A DNA stretch of 64,000 bases from Myxococcota bacterium. GTDB lineage: Bacteria; Myxococcota_A; UBA796; SXON01. Location of the stretch: the NCBI GenBank assembly GCA_040386535.1, contig JAZKFH010000030.1, positions 58,543-122,542 of the forward strand, in the 5' to 3' direction. The notes beneath the pieces are model-generated. The model was not told the origin of the DNA and did no database searches. It worked only from the letters and a program-made list of their open reading frames with translations. A program made the translations under genes and the position numbers. How positions within the stretch are numbered: position 1 is the stretch's first letter; each line of letters starts with the position of its first letter. This document shows, one piece after another, positions 49,461-58,118 of this stretch.

Positions 49461-49476
49461 TGAACCATATGGTTCA
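49461..49476. promoter_or_regulatory. ArsR operator palindrome overlapping the start codon
   Basis: Perfect 16-bp TGAACCATATGGTTCA. Confidence 0.7.
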
Positions 49477-49831
49477 CCATTCGCCGACGCGCCTCGACGC
49501 CTCCTTCTCCGCGCTCTCGGACGCCACCCGCCGCGGCGTGCTGGAGCAGCTCGGACGTGAGGATGCGTCGATCACGGCGCTCGCCGAGAAGTTCCACATG
49601 ACCCTGACGGGCATGAAGAAGCACGTCGGCGTCTTGGAGCAGGCCGGTCTCGTGACCACGGAGAAGGTCGGTCGGGTGCGGACCTGCAAGCTGGGACCGG
49701 GGCGGCTGGAGGATGAGACGGCGTGGCTCGAGCGGTACCGCCAGCTCTGGGACGCCCGTTTCGACGAGTTGGACAAGATTGTTTCAGAGCTCATACAGAA
49801 GGAGAGGATCGATGGACGCAAGAAAGAGTGA
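49469..49831 (+). CDS. ArsR/SmtB family regulator
   Basis: FSALSDATRR...KHVGVLEQAGLV..EKVGRVRTC. Confidence 0.92.
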   Translation: MVHHSPTRLDASFSALSDATRRGVLEQLGREDASITALAEKFHMTLTGMKKHVGVLEQAGLVTTEKVGRVRTCKLGPGRLEDETAWLERYRQLWDARFDELDKIVSELIQKERIDGRKKE

Positions 49832-50327
49832 GGCCACCCCCGAGCAGAGCCGCGCCACGGTGGAACGGAAGTCCGAGCGTGAGCTCGTCGTCAGCCGAAC
49901 CATCAACGGCCCGGCGCGCCTCGTGTTTGAGGCGTGGACGCGGCCCGAGCTGTTCCAACGGTGGTGGGTGCCGAAGGCGGCCCCCATCTCCCTGCTCGCC
50001 TGCGAGCTGGACGTTCGGGCCGGGGGGAAGTACCGGCTGGTGTTCGGCGTCAACGGCTCGGAGCAGCAGATGGAGTTCTTCGGCCGTTACATCGAAGTGA
50101 CACCACACACCCGCATCGTCTGGACCAATGAAGAAGGGGACGAGGAAGGAGCCGTCACCACGGTTACCTTCGAGGAGAAGGGCGGTCAGACGCGGGTGAT
50201 CGTGCACGACCTCTACCCGTCGAAGGAGGCGCTCGAGGATGCCATCGCCTCGGGGAGCACGGAGGGGATGCCCGAGCAGCTCGAGCAGCTCGACGAGCTC
50301 GTCGTCACCCTGCGTGGCAACACGTAG
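49812..50327 (+). CDS. SRPBCC/AHSA1 domain protein
   Basis: ELVVSRTINGPARLVFEAWT..L..WW...DVRAGGKY. Confidence 0.9.
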   Translation: MDARKSEATPEQSRATVERKSERELVVSRTINGPARLVFEAWTRPELFQRWWVPKAAPISLLACELDVRAGGKYRLVFGVNGSEQQMEFFGRYIEVTPHTRIVWTNEEGDEEGAVTTVTFEEKGGQTRVIVHDLYPSKEALEDAIASGSTEGMPEQLEQLDELVVTLRGNT

Positions 50328-50359
50328 GCGACAAGCGAACCGTCCAAAACGCTCAACTC

Positions 50360-51553
50360 CTACGGGCCGTTCCCTGTGATGGTGCAGCCGTCCTCGGGGC
50401 CGTCGAGACCCGCGCACAGATCCACGGCTTGCGAGGTGGGGAGTGCGGGGTTGTCCTGGATGGAGAAGTAGTCGCTGACCGTCTCCAACTCGGAGATCGC
50501 GGAGATGTCCGCCAGCGCGGCGTTCCTCTCGAGCGCGACGCCCTCGAAGGTGCGCGGGCCTTCGAGGCCGGCCAGCGAAACGAGCGCGTCGTTGTCCCGG
50601 AGTGCGAGGTACCCGTCGGAGCCGCCAACGGTCGCTTCCAGTCCGGTGAGATCGACAAGCGCGTCACTGTCCTGGACGAGCACGCTTTCGAACGGGAGGC
50701 CGGCGAGGGAGCCGAGGTCGACGAGCGCGTCGCAGTCCTCGATCTGGAGCTCCTGGGCGGTCGTCAGGCTCTCCAGCCCGGTGAGGTCTGGCACGGTCAG
50801 GCCGGCGAGCGAGAGTCGCCCTACCTGCGTGATGTTCGAGAGCCCGCGGAGGTCCGCGACGCCGGCCTCGCCGAGGATGAGGTCGTTGACGGACTCGAGC
50901 GCCGCGAGGTCCTCGTAGGTCGTTAGTGCGTTTCCGCCGACCCCCAGCCAACTGATCGAGCGAAGGTCCGCCAACGCCGAGAGGTCTGTCAGCGCCGTGT
51001 TGTCAAAGACATTCACCTCCGAGGCCGTCAAGGCGACGCGAGCGAGAACGGACACGTCGACCAGAGCGCCGTTGCCGACGATGCTCGCCACCCGGACGCT
51101 CTCCAGCGCGGCGAGCCCGTCGAGCGACGTGAGCGCTGCGTTGAGCTGGATTTCCAGGCTGTCCACGCTGCGGACGCTCCCGAGTGCGTCGAGATCGGTG
51201 AGCGCGTGGGCTTCCGAGATGACCAGGCGTCGCCCGACGTTCGTGAGCCCCTCGAGCCCATGGAGGGACGTCATCCCCACGCCGGAGATCGCGACGGTGC
51301 CGGAGACGTCGCAGAGGCACTCCAGCCCGGCGAGATCGGGGAGGGTGCGCCCCGCCACCAGGAGGTCGCCGTCGATGTGGTCGTACTCGGCGCAGAACCA
51401 GCCGACGTCCTCGTCCGCGATCTCGACGTCCCCCGCGTAGGTGGCGCCGTCGCAAGGGACCTCTGGCTCGCCGGTGTCGGGCGTGGCCGAGTCCGTGCCG
51501 GCCGGGGGAGGTTCGTTCTCGGGGACAAAACACGCGAGCGCGAGCAGGAGCAT
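50360..51553 (-). CDS. receptor-L-domain/LRR lipoprotein
   Basis: Lipobox ALAC; repeated N.AL..L.GL..L..V. Confidence 0.8.
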   Translation of the reverse strand: MLLLALACFVPENEPPPAGTDSATPDTGEPEVPCDGATYAGDVEIADEDVGWFCAEYDHIDGDLLVAGRTLPDLAGLECLCDVSGTVAISGVGMTSLHGLEGLTNVGRRLVISEAHALTDLDALGSVRSVDSLEIQLNAALTSLDGLAALESVRVASIVGNGALVDVSVLARVALTASEVNVFDNTALTDLSALADLRSISWLGVGGNALTTYEDLAALESVNDLILGEAGVADLRGLSNITQVGRLSLAGLTVPDLTGLESLTTAQELQIEDCDALVDLGSLAGLPFESVLVQDSDALVDLTGLEATVGGSDGYLALRDNDALVSLAGLEGPRTFEGVALERNAALADISAISELETVSDYFSIQDNPALPTSQAVDLCAGLDGPEDGCTITGNGP

Positions 51554-51705
51554 GCTCCGAGCATACCCGTCTCCGGCACCCACCGCGCGGGAAACGCCCC
51601 CCCTCGGGGGCGCAAACGCAAGTGCCATCCCCCGGGCACGGCATATGCACAGCTTCGCGTCGCAGCTCACCTTGGCAGGGACGCCGCTCGCCGGCGTCCG
51701 GGCGC

Positions 51706-52125
51706 TCACTCGACCATCAAGATGACCGAGCGGAGACACGACCCCGGACACACGAACGGCCCCGAACCATGAGCGAGGCGGCGTCCCTCGATCACGAGCT
51801 CGATCGTGTGGGGCTGCAGGTCGACATACGCTCGTCCCCCGACGAGCGTGCCGAGGATGTCCAGCCAGCCCGCGTCCGTGTCGAGGAGCAGGTGACCGGC
51901 CCCAAGGTGGTGACGCGCGGGCGGGAGCGGCGCCCCGGGCCGGCCGCGCATCCGCGCGTGGAGCGAGAGCAGTACCCCGCAGAGGCGGTCAAGGTTCTCT
52001 CGCGCAAGGTCGGGAACGATGTCCGTGTCGTGGGTGACGTAAGGGCCCCCCTGCGCGACTGTCGCCATGCCTCCGACCAGCACAAATTCAACACCCGCGT
52101 CAGCGAGGGCGAGAAGCGCCTTCAT
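51706..52125 (-). pseudogene. nucleotidyltransferase, apparently C-terminally truncated
   Basis: FVLVGGMA...THDTDIV motif; the sequence diverges after IEGRRL and lacks the usual K...R.KD tail. Confidence 0.55.
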
Positions 52126-52282
52126 CTACCGCCTCCTCGTACGCCTTTTGAAGGGCGCGCACCGTCCGGCTCGCCTCCTCGTTTCGGCGCAGCCGCTCGG
52201 TGGGCGTCATCGCGAGGAAGGCGTCGATCAACGTCAGGTCGATGCCGTTGTCGTCTCGCGGGGCCGGGGAAGGCTGGTTCAC
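52100..52282 (-). CDS. small partner protein of the nucleotidyltransferase (putative TA-like pair)
   Basis: GIDLTLI...MTPTERLR motif typical of small genes preceding such NTases; overlaps the NTase start. Confidence 0.55.
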   Translation of the reverse strand: MNQPSPAPRDDNGIDLTLIDAFLAMTPTERLRRNEEASRTVRALQKAYEEAVDEGASRPR

Positions 52283-52382
52283 CCCTGCAAGGTAGCCCAC
52301 GCGCGCCGGGACTGCTTCGTGCCGGAGGGCCCCATGCGACGGCGTGAGCCCCGATCCGCTCGCCCGCCGCATCCAAAACGCA

Positions 52383-52418
52383 GAAAGCCCACTTTCTCGG
52401 TTGAGAAAGTGGGCTTTC
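52383..52418 (-). terminator. intrinsic terminator downstream of the tRNA 3' end
   Basis: Perfect 16-bp stem GAAAGCCCACTTTCTC / GAGAAAGTGGGCTTTC with a 4-nt loop. Confidence 0.8.
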
Positions 52419-52436
52419 GAAGCTCAAACGCAACAG

Positions 52437-52464
52437 TGGTGGGCGTTACTGGATTTGAACCAGT
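52437..52464 (-). other. tRNA 3'-end fragment (probably tRNA-Val), a putative att site
   Basis: Minus strand ACTGGTTCAAATCCAGTAACGCCCACCA: T-arm ACTGG/CCAGT with TTCAAAT loop, acceptor 3' strand, discriminator A and CCA. No D or anticodon arm upstream. Confidence 0.8.
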
Positions 52465-52567
52465 CCCCGCCGCCGCGGAATTCGAGCCGAAGAAGCAAAA
52501 GAAGCGGGTATGACGCCGGGGAACGGCGAGTGCAGCGTGCGCACTCCGACGCACGCTGGCGCCGGCC

Positions 52568-54805
52568 GTGCACGGGGGTTGGACACAGCGTTGGACACAC
52601 GGCCATGGCCGTGTGTCTCGGCGAGAGGCGACGGTGCGGAGCACCGGCGGGCGAGTCGTCGTGGCTGACGGGGGCTCGCCCGCGTGGGCCGCAGCGGGGC
52701 TCGCGACGCCGGCCGTTCCTGGCAGCGTCTGGCGCGTCCCGGGCTGGTACGCGCGCATCCCGCACGGCTGGACCCGTGCGGTCGCGCAGCTTGGGGCCCC
52801 CTCGGCGGCGCGGGCTGTCCTCGATGCGGTGGCCGAGCTCTACGCAGGGCCTGCCGGCGCCGAGCTTCGGCATGATGGAGTGCCCGTGACCGTGCGGGTC
52901 ATCGCCGCGCGGTACGGCCTCCACAAGACCCATGTACAGCGTGGTGTCCAGTGGGCGATGGACCGCGGGCTGCTCACCCGGAGGCCGGATGCGGCACGTC
53001 CTGGGTGCTTCCGGTACGCGCTCGCGCACCCGTCTGCGTGGTCGCCGAGATCGCTCTCGGGGCAGGGGCTCGCCGCAGTGAATGTGCCCGGATGGGAGGT
53101 GTCGCTTCTCGACCTCTGGGCGGGCGCGCCTGCGACGGGGTTGTCCCATCCGCCTGTGGACAACCCGGGCGGGGCTGTACACAGCAGCGGGGACGCTACG
53201 CGTGCGCGATCCTCTTCCGGAGATCAAAGAGACCAGAAGAGTAAGACTATCCTGCGCGATAGCTCGCTCGCCAAGGCGGACGGGTGGTACGTCTGGAGGG
53301 GCAGGAAGCGGCTGGCAGTGACCTGGCTGATCGCCGAGCACTTGGATGCGCATGTGCCAGTGGCATACGAGCTGCTGGCGGGCAAGGGGGTGGATGCTGC
53401 GCCGTCGTGGCTCGTTGCCGAGCTGCAGGAGGCCCTCGTCGAGGGTTCGGAGGTCCGGTGGACCCTGCCGATGGTGCGCATCGCGATCGCACGCGCCGTG
53501 GAGGCGCGCGCGGTGATCGCGGCGGATCGGGCCGAGGTCGAGCGGCGGGCGGGAGCGCGCGCCGCCGAAGCCCGGGGGCGATGGGCGGCGGAGCTGTTGG
53601 AACGCTGGAACGAGCTTGCATCGTTCGCCGAGGCGGCGGGGGCCGAATACGCCGATGGGGCCGTGGCCGCGGCCGCGGCGGTTGAGCGCGGAGAGCTCCG
53701 AGAACTCGAGGTGTTGGCGGCCTACCTGCTAACGATCGATGAGTGCCGGGAAGCAGCGGAGCTCCAACGGGCGGAGACGAAAAATCAGGAGGAACGAGCG
53801 GCTGCCGAGGGCCGGCGCGTCGCCGACGAGCTCGTGGCCGTGGAAACGAGGCGGGCGGCAGAGGTGCTTGCCGCGTCGGAAGCACGGCTCCTCGCGGCAG
53901 AGCTCGGTGCTCAGTACGAGGCCGCAAACACCGTGCTCGTGAGGGCTGACTCCGTTGTCGGCGCAAATGCTGGTGCCTCCTCGGCGGCGGTCAAAGGCAC
54001 GCTTTGGGGGCTACGGATGGCCGTCGAGAGGGCCCGAGAGGTCCTGGCGCGTAGGAGCACCTGCGCGCCCTCGGCGTGGGTGGTCGAGTGCAGGGGGTCG
54101 ATCTCCGGCCTTGGGTGGTGGCGCGAGCGTGTACACGCGCTCTATCCGGGGCTCGGCGGTCCCCGAGGCGCGCTCGAACCCGCGTTTCCTCGTCCCCCTG
54201 CTCGCCCTGGGCGGGGTCTGGTCCCAGAAGACTCTGGCCCGCCGGTGGCATCCGTCGAGCCGTCTCTGCCAACCTGCTCAGGATCCCGTCCCCCGTGCGA
54301 GCAGCTCCCTCGCGACCTTAGCGTCCACCACGGCCTGCAGCGCTACGTCCTGCGCCCTCAACAGCTCGGGAAGCTGCGCGCTCCACGACTCGATCGCCTT
54401 GGCGCACAGTTGTACGCCAAGCTCCGTACCGGCAACGATCTCGGCTGTGAGGGGCCCCAGCTTCTCCGTCGCGCGCTTGTTGATCGCGGCGTATTGGAGG
54501 CGGGCCGCGTCCGCCAGCGTCGACAGCGCCCTCTCGGCCGCGTCCTGCTCGGATCGTATCGCAGCGTCTACCTGGGCTTGGAGCATGGGCGGGGCCACGG
54601 CTCGCGGATCGCGGATGTAGCCCTGCGCCACCCGCCCTCTCCACGCGAGCAGGGTGGAACTGAGCGTCGGACCAATCCCGACGATACCATCCAGCGCTGC
54701 CGCGTCGATGTCGGCGGCGGTGGTGATTCCGTGGAAGCGCAGCGTGTGCAAACGACTCGGCCCGATTCCGGGAAGGCCTGCGTTTTCAAGCAGGAACTTC
54801 GATAG
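52568..54805 (+). CDS. wHTH protein, possible replication initiator, with coiled-coil; both ends uncertain
   Basis: TVRVIAARYGLHKTHVQRGVQWAMDRGLL HTH; the 3' ~530 nt overlap the kinase on the opposite strand. Confidence 0.45.
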   Translation: MHGGWTQRWTHGHGRVSRREATVRSTGGRVVVADGGSPAWAAAGLATPAVPGSVWRVPGWYARIPHGWTRAVAQLGAPSAARAVLDAVAELYAGPAGAELRHDGVPVTVRVIAARYGLHKTHVQRGVQWAMDRGLLTRRPDAARPGCFRYALAHPSAWSPRSLSGQGLAAVNVPGWEVSLLDLWAGAPATGLSHPPVDNPGGAVHSSGDATRARSSSGDQRDQKSKTILRDSSLAKADGWYVWRGRKRLAVTWLIAEHLDAHVPVAYELLAGKGVDAAPSWLVAELQEALVEGSEVRWTLPMVRIAIARAVEARAVIAADRAEVERRAGARAAEARGRWAAELLERWNELASFAEAAGAEYADGAVAAAAAVERGELRELEVLAAYLLTIDECREAAELQRAETKNQEERAAAEGRRVADELVAVETRRAAEVLAASEARLLAAELGAQYEAANTVLVRADSVVGANAGASSAAVKGTLWGLRMAVERAREVLARRSTCAPSAWVVECRGSISGLGWWRERVHALYPGLGGPRGALEPAFPRPPARPGRGLVPEDSGPPVASVEPSLPTCSGSRPPCEQLPRDLSVHHGLQRYVLRPQQLGKLRAPRLDRLGAQLYAKLRTGNDLGCEGPQLLRRALVDRGVLEAGRVRQRRQRPLGRVLLGSYRSVYLGLEHGRGHGSRIADVALRHPPSPREQGGTERRTNPDDTIQRCRVDVGGGGDSVEAQRVQTTRPDSGKACVFKQELR

Positions 54806-56518
54806 ATGACGGGACAGGGCTAGCCTGTCAGCCTGTTCGGACATTGCCCGAAGCCGCGCGGTACGCTCTCCGGGTAGCGCGCGCCAGCGATCCCGCAGCT
54901 GCCCGGCCTCCCTCAACGAACGCTCGCGGAGTTCAGCGGTGATCCGCTTGAAGTATCCGATGCTGGCCTCCGCGTCAGAGTGGGCGCGCCCGAGCCGAGC
55001 TGAAAGGCGTTCAAGGTCAAGAATGGCGGGGGGCTTTTCCCAATGCTGCTGAGCGGTTGCGAGTTGACGTGCGGCCTCCGACTCGGCGAGAAGGATCTCC
55101 TGAAGCACCGCTCGCTCAGGTTGAATGTGTCTCCCGACGAGGTGGCCCTCGACAAGCGTCGCGATCCAGGCCAATGCCGGGATGGCGGGGAGCAGCAGGC
55201 AGGGCGAGGCGTTTGCCGCCAGCCCAGCTGCGATACCGCCAATTCCGAGGACGCCCGCCCCCGTCCAGGAGATCAAACGAGCGTTGTCGCGGCCCCCTCG
55301 CACGCGGGCTTCGATTCGAGCAAGGCCTGGGGACGGCTGTCTCGCGGATTCGGTCATGGGAGGGAGGACCGGCGGCCCGGGACGGGATTGGTAGAGCGCC
55401 TGGTTCCATGCCTTTTCGTGGTCCCCGACGACAGCGAAAGGGGCTCCGAGCACCACCTGAATCCGTTTGAGCAGCAGGTCGGGGTCGAAGCTGTTCCCGG
55501 CGGTCACCGCGCGGATCCATTGGAACAGAACGACCCCCGCGCGGGCTTCGAGCCCACACCACGGGCACGAGGGGGCCTCCGAGGGGTACTCGTGGGCCCG
55601 GTTGGCAGCGCAGGCAGTGAGGTTACTGGTGAGCACATCCAGCGCCCCAAGCCAGTGCTTGGCACTTGGGCGCTGCCGCCCGCCGTTCGGGCCGAAGGCC
55701 GACTCGAACCCGTCCCTTACGACCCTTGGGAAAATCTCGATGGGCGCGCAAAGTGGGGGGGGATGCGTGCGGAGGCGGGGCGCGTCTCGGCCGAACACAT
55801 ACCGGTGCTCGCGGATCGCCCGCTCGACCGTCATCTCGCCCGACGCTTCGTGTCGGCCTGCGAAGGGGTGCCTTCCCATCATGAGCAGTTGGTAAACGAG
55901 CACCGCGAGACCGAAGCCGTCGTGCGTTGGCGTGCGGTCGATGCCTCCCAGGTTCACGCCCTGCAGCTCTGGAGCCGTGTGCGTCGAGACGCCCACTCGG
56001 CACCGAAAGACCCGGTTGCCCTCCCGGACCTGGAAGCTGTCGCAGTCGATGATGCGCACTACGCCAGTTGCACCGACCAGCACGTTCGCGTGGTTGACGT
56101 CTCCAACAACGTGTCCGGCAGAATGAATGGCCCCGAAGGCGCGCACGAGGTTCGTGGCCACGTGGCAGAGGAACCGCCAGCCCGCGTCGGGGAACGCGTC
56201 GACGCGGGAGCGCGGGCTGTACAGAAGGTGGATCGGCTTGAAGCCGCCCGGGACGCGGGGCATGAGGATCCCGCGAAGCGCACCGCGTTCATCCTTCAGA
56301 ATGTCGTCAGGCCAGGCGCAGAAGGCGGTCAGATCGGAGCGGCCTGCGCGCACCATTGCGGACAGCTTGTCCCGGCTCTCTGTCTCGGGCACCGTGTGAA
56401 AGACCTTCGCGACCCGATCAGGGCGCCCCTGCACCTCGAAGACGGTGCCCTCGCCGCCTCGCCCAAGCTCCGCGCCGATGGTGATTGTTCCCACGGTTGA
56501 GGTAGTGTAAGTGGTCAC
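54278..56518 (-). CDS. TerY-P triad kinase (YegI-like) with TM segments and HhH motifs
   Basis: GRGGEGTVF, VAK, GDVNHAN, IDCDSFQ, APELQ, GRHPF; LPGIGP and IVGIGP HhH motifs. Confidence 0.88.
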   Translation of the reverse strand: MTTYTTSTVGTITIGAELGRGGEGTVFEVQGRPDRVAKVFHTVPETESRDKLSAMVRAGRSDLTAFCAWPDDILKDERGALRGILMPRVPGGFKPIHLLYSPRSRVDAFPDAGWRFLCHVATNLVRAFGAIHSAGHVVGDVNHANVLVGATGVVRIIDCDSFQVREGNRVFRCRVGVSTHTAPELQGVNLGGIDRTPTHDGFGLAVLVYQLLMMGRHPFAGRHEASGEMTVERAIREHRYVFGRDAPRLRTHPPPLCAPIEIFPRVVRDGFESAFGPNGGRQRPSAKHWLGALDVLTSNLTACAANRAHEYPSEAPSCPWCGLEARAGVVLFQWIRAVTAGNSFDPDLLLKRIQVVLGAPFAVVGDHEKAWNQALYQSRPGPPVLPPMTESARQPSPGLARIEARVRGGRDNARLISWTGAGVLGIGGIAAGLAANASPCLLLPAIPALAWIATLVEGHLVGRHIQPERAVLQEILLAESEAARQLATAQQHWEKPPAILDLERLSARLGRAHSDAEASIGYFKRITAELRERSLREAGQLRDRWRALPGERTARLRAMSEQADRLALSRHLSKFLLENAGLPGIGPSRLHTLRFHGITTAADIDAAALDGIVGIGPTLSSTLLAWRGRVAQGYIRDPRAVAPPMLQAQVDAAIRSEQDAAERALSTLADAARLQYAAINKRATEKLGPLTAEIVAGTELGVQLCAKAIESWSAQLPELLRAQDVALQAVVDAKVARELLARGTGS

Positions 56519-56532
56519 CTGGAGCGCCCAGC

Positions 56533-57288
56533 CTATTCGCGGCGCAGAAGCACGAGCGTCTTGTCGTCGTCGGTTCGCAGGTTGACCTTGTCGGACGCCA
56601 ACCAGGCCGCAAGCCGCGCGGAAAGGACTTCATCCGGCACCCCTGGCTTCCTGACCGGGCCCATCACCTGCTCGAAGAACGGCTGATGGACGGTCCGCTC
56701 CGCCAGGTTGAGGACGAGGCGCTGCAGTCCGTCGGTGAAGAGCGCGATCTCCTTGTAGCGCCGCCTCACCCGCTCGCATGACAACCGCTCGGAAGCATTG
56801 GCGTCGGTCAGGAACGATGTGACGTTCGCGTACTCGCCCTGCTCCGGCCAGAATACCCATCCGAACTCGCCGCCTTCCTCCCGAACGACGATCGCGCCGT
56901 CTCCGAGTTGAACGAAGAGCGCCTCGTCGCCGACGAGCACCACGGCGAGCAGGGTGGAGGCGTACTCGCGAATGCGGCTTCCGGCGGCTTGCGCCACGGA
57001 GTCGAGCTCGGCCCTGAACGAAATCGCCCAAGCGCAGACCTCAGCCTCGCCGGGAGGCGCCCCGGCCTCGGCGATATAGGCACGAGCGAGGGCCACGAAG
57101 GACAAACAGGCTCGTTGCGCCCCCTCGGCGGCGTTCGCGGCGGACCCGGCCCCGTCGGCAGCCACAGCGATCATGGCCCCATGGGCCGCCATGAAGTCGA
57201 CGAGGTGTGCGTCCTGGCACGGGACGTCTCCGGCAAGGTGGCCTGCCCCGACGACGGACGCGCTGCCGATCCGCCAGCCCTCAGCCAA
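56533..57288 (-). CDS. TerY-P triad PP2C-like phosphatase (YegK/PphC-like)
   Basis: SVVGAGH...PCQD, ADGAGSA, QLGDG, GEYANVT, TDGLQ, RTDDDKT. Confidence 0.9.
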   Translation of the reverse strand: MAEGWRIGSASVVGAGHLAGDVPCQDAHLVDFMAAHGAMIAVAADGAGSAANAAEGAQRACLSFVALARAYIAEAGAPPGEAEVCAWAISFRAELDSVAQAAGSRIREYASTLLAVVLVGDEALFVQLGDGAIVVREEGGEFGWVFWPEQGEYANVTSFLTDANASERLSCERVRRRYKEIALFTDGLQRLVLNLAERTVHQPFFEQVMGPVRKPGVPDEVLSARLAAWLASDKVNLRTDDDKTLVLLRRE

Positions 57289-57961
57289 CGGTCGCCCACC
57301 CAGAGGGCGCGGTCGGGTTGTCCATCGGAACCGACTCGCCCGGCGACGAGTGTGACACGGCGCCCAGCGAACTTGAGAGCCACCGGAACATCTCCTGGAA
57401 CGCCAGGCCCTTCAGCTTCAGGGGTACGCGTGACGGCGGCGAGATCTGCCGGAGCTTGTCCATGTCGGCGCCCTCCACCCCCACCGCGAAAAAAGTGAAC
57501 GCGCGGGCAGCCTCGCCCTCATGCACCTGCGCGGCCGCGGTCTTCCACTCATCTGTCGGCCCGCCATCGGTGATGAGGAAGATCCAAGGGCGATAGTATT
57601 GAACGCCGTTGGTCTTGTAGACGTCTTTCCGCGCACGAACCAGCTCAAGTCCGTAGCGGATGGCCGCGCCGATCGGCGTGTCCCCGGTGGTGCGGAGCGT
57701 CGGGGGTTCGAAGGAGTCGGCGGTGACGAACTCGACGAGCTGGTTCACCGGGCCGAACGTCACGATCGCTATCTCGACCCGCTTGCTGGCCATCGCGTCG
57801 TCAGCGAGGCTGCTCTTGAACGCCAGCAGGCCCTCGTTGAGTTCCTGGATCCGCGCGCCCGACATCGATGCGCTGGTGTCGAGCAGCAGCACGCACGGGC
57901 AGCGAGGCTCCGGGTTGTCCACGAAGCTGGGATCAAACTCCACCTGATCGAACTCGGACAC
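57281..57961 (-). CDS. TerY-like vWA protein (YegL-like)
   Basis: [51 protein letters not shown] before GTG at 57961. Confidence 0.92.
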   Translation of the reverse strand: MSEFDQVEFDPSFVDNPEPRCPCVLLLDTSASMSGARIQELNEGLLAFKSSLADDAMASKRVEIAIVTFGPVNQLVEFVTADSFEPPTLRTTGDTPIGAAIRYGLELVRARKDVYKTNGVQYYRPWIFLITDGGPTDEWKTAAAQVHEGEAARAFTFFAVGVEGADMDKLRQISPPSRVPLKLKGLAFQEMFRWLSSSLGAVSHSSPGESVPMDNPTAPSGWATVG

Positions 57962-58118
57962 GTGCTCCTCCGGGGCGGCGCAGTCTACCATCTCGGACTC
58001 GGCTCCACCCGCGGCGACGCATCAGCGGCTTGCGAAGCCGACCGCGCAGGGTGAAATCGGCCGCGCACCGGGGTGCCGCGATCGGATACGAGGGTGCTCC
58101 CGTCGCGGAGACCATCGC

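Noticed and set aside
51611..51627. Minus-strand sigma54-like box (TGGCAC...TTGC) for the LRR lipoprotein
   Set aside because: Spacing is GG-N11-GC rather than the required N10
52437..52512. Intact tRNA gene
   Set aside because: Only the T-arm and acceptor 3' strand are present; the upstream sequence cannot form D or anticodon arms, so the Val identity is inferred only
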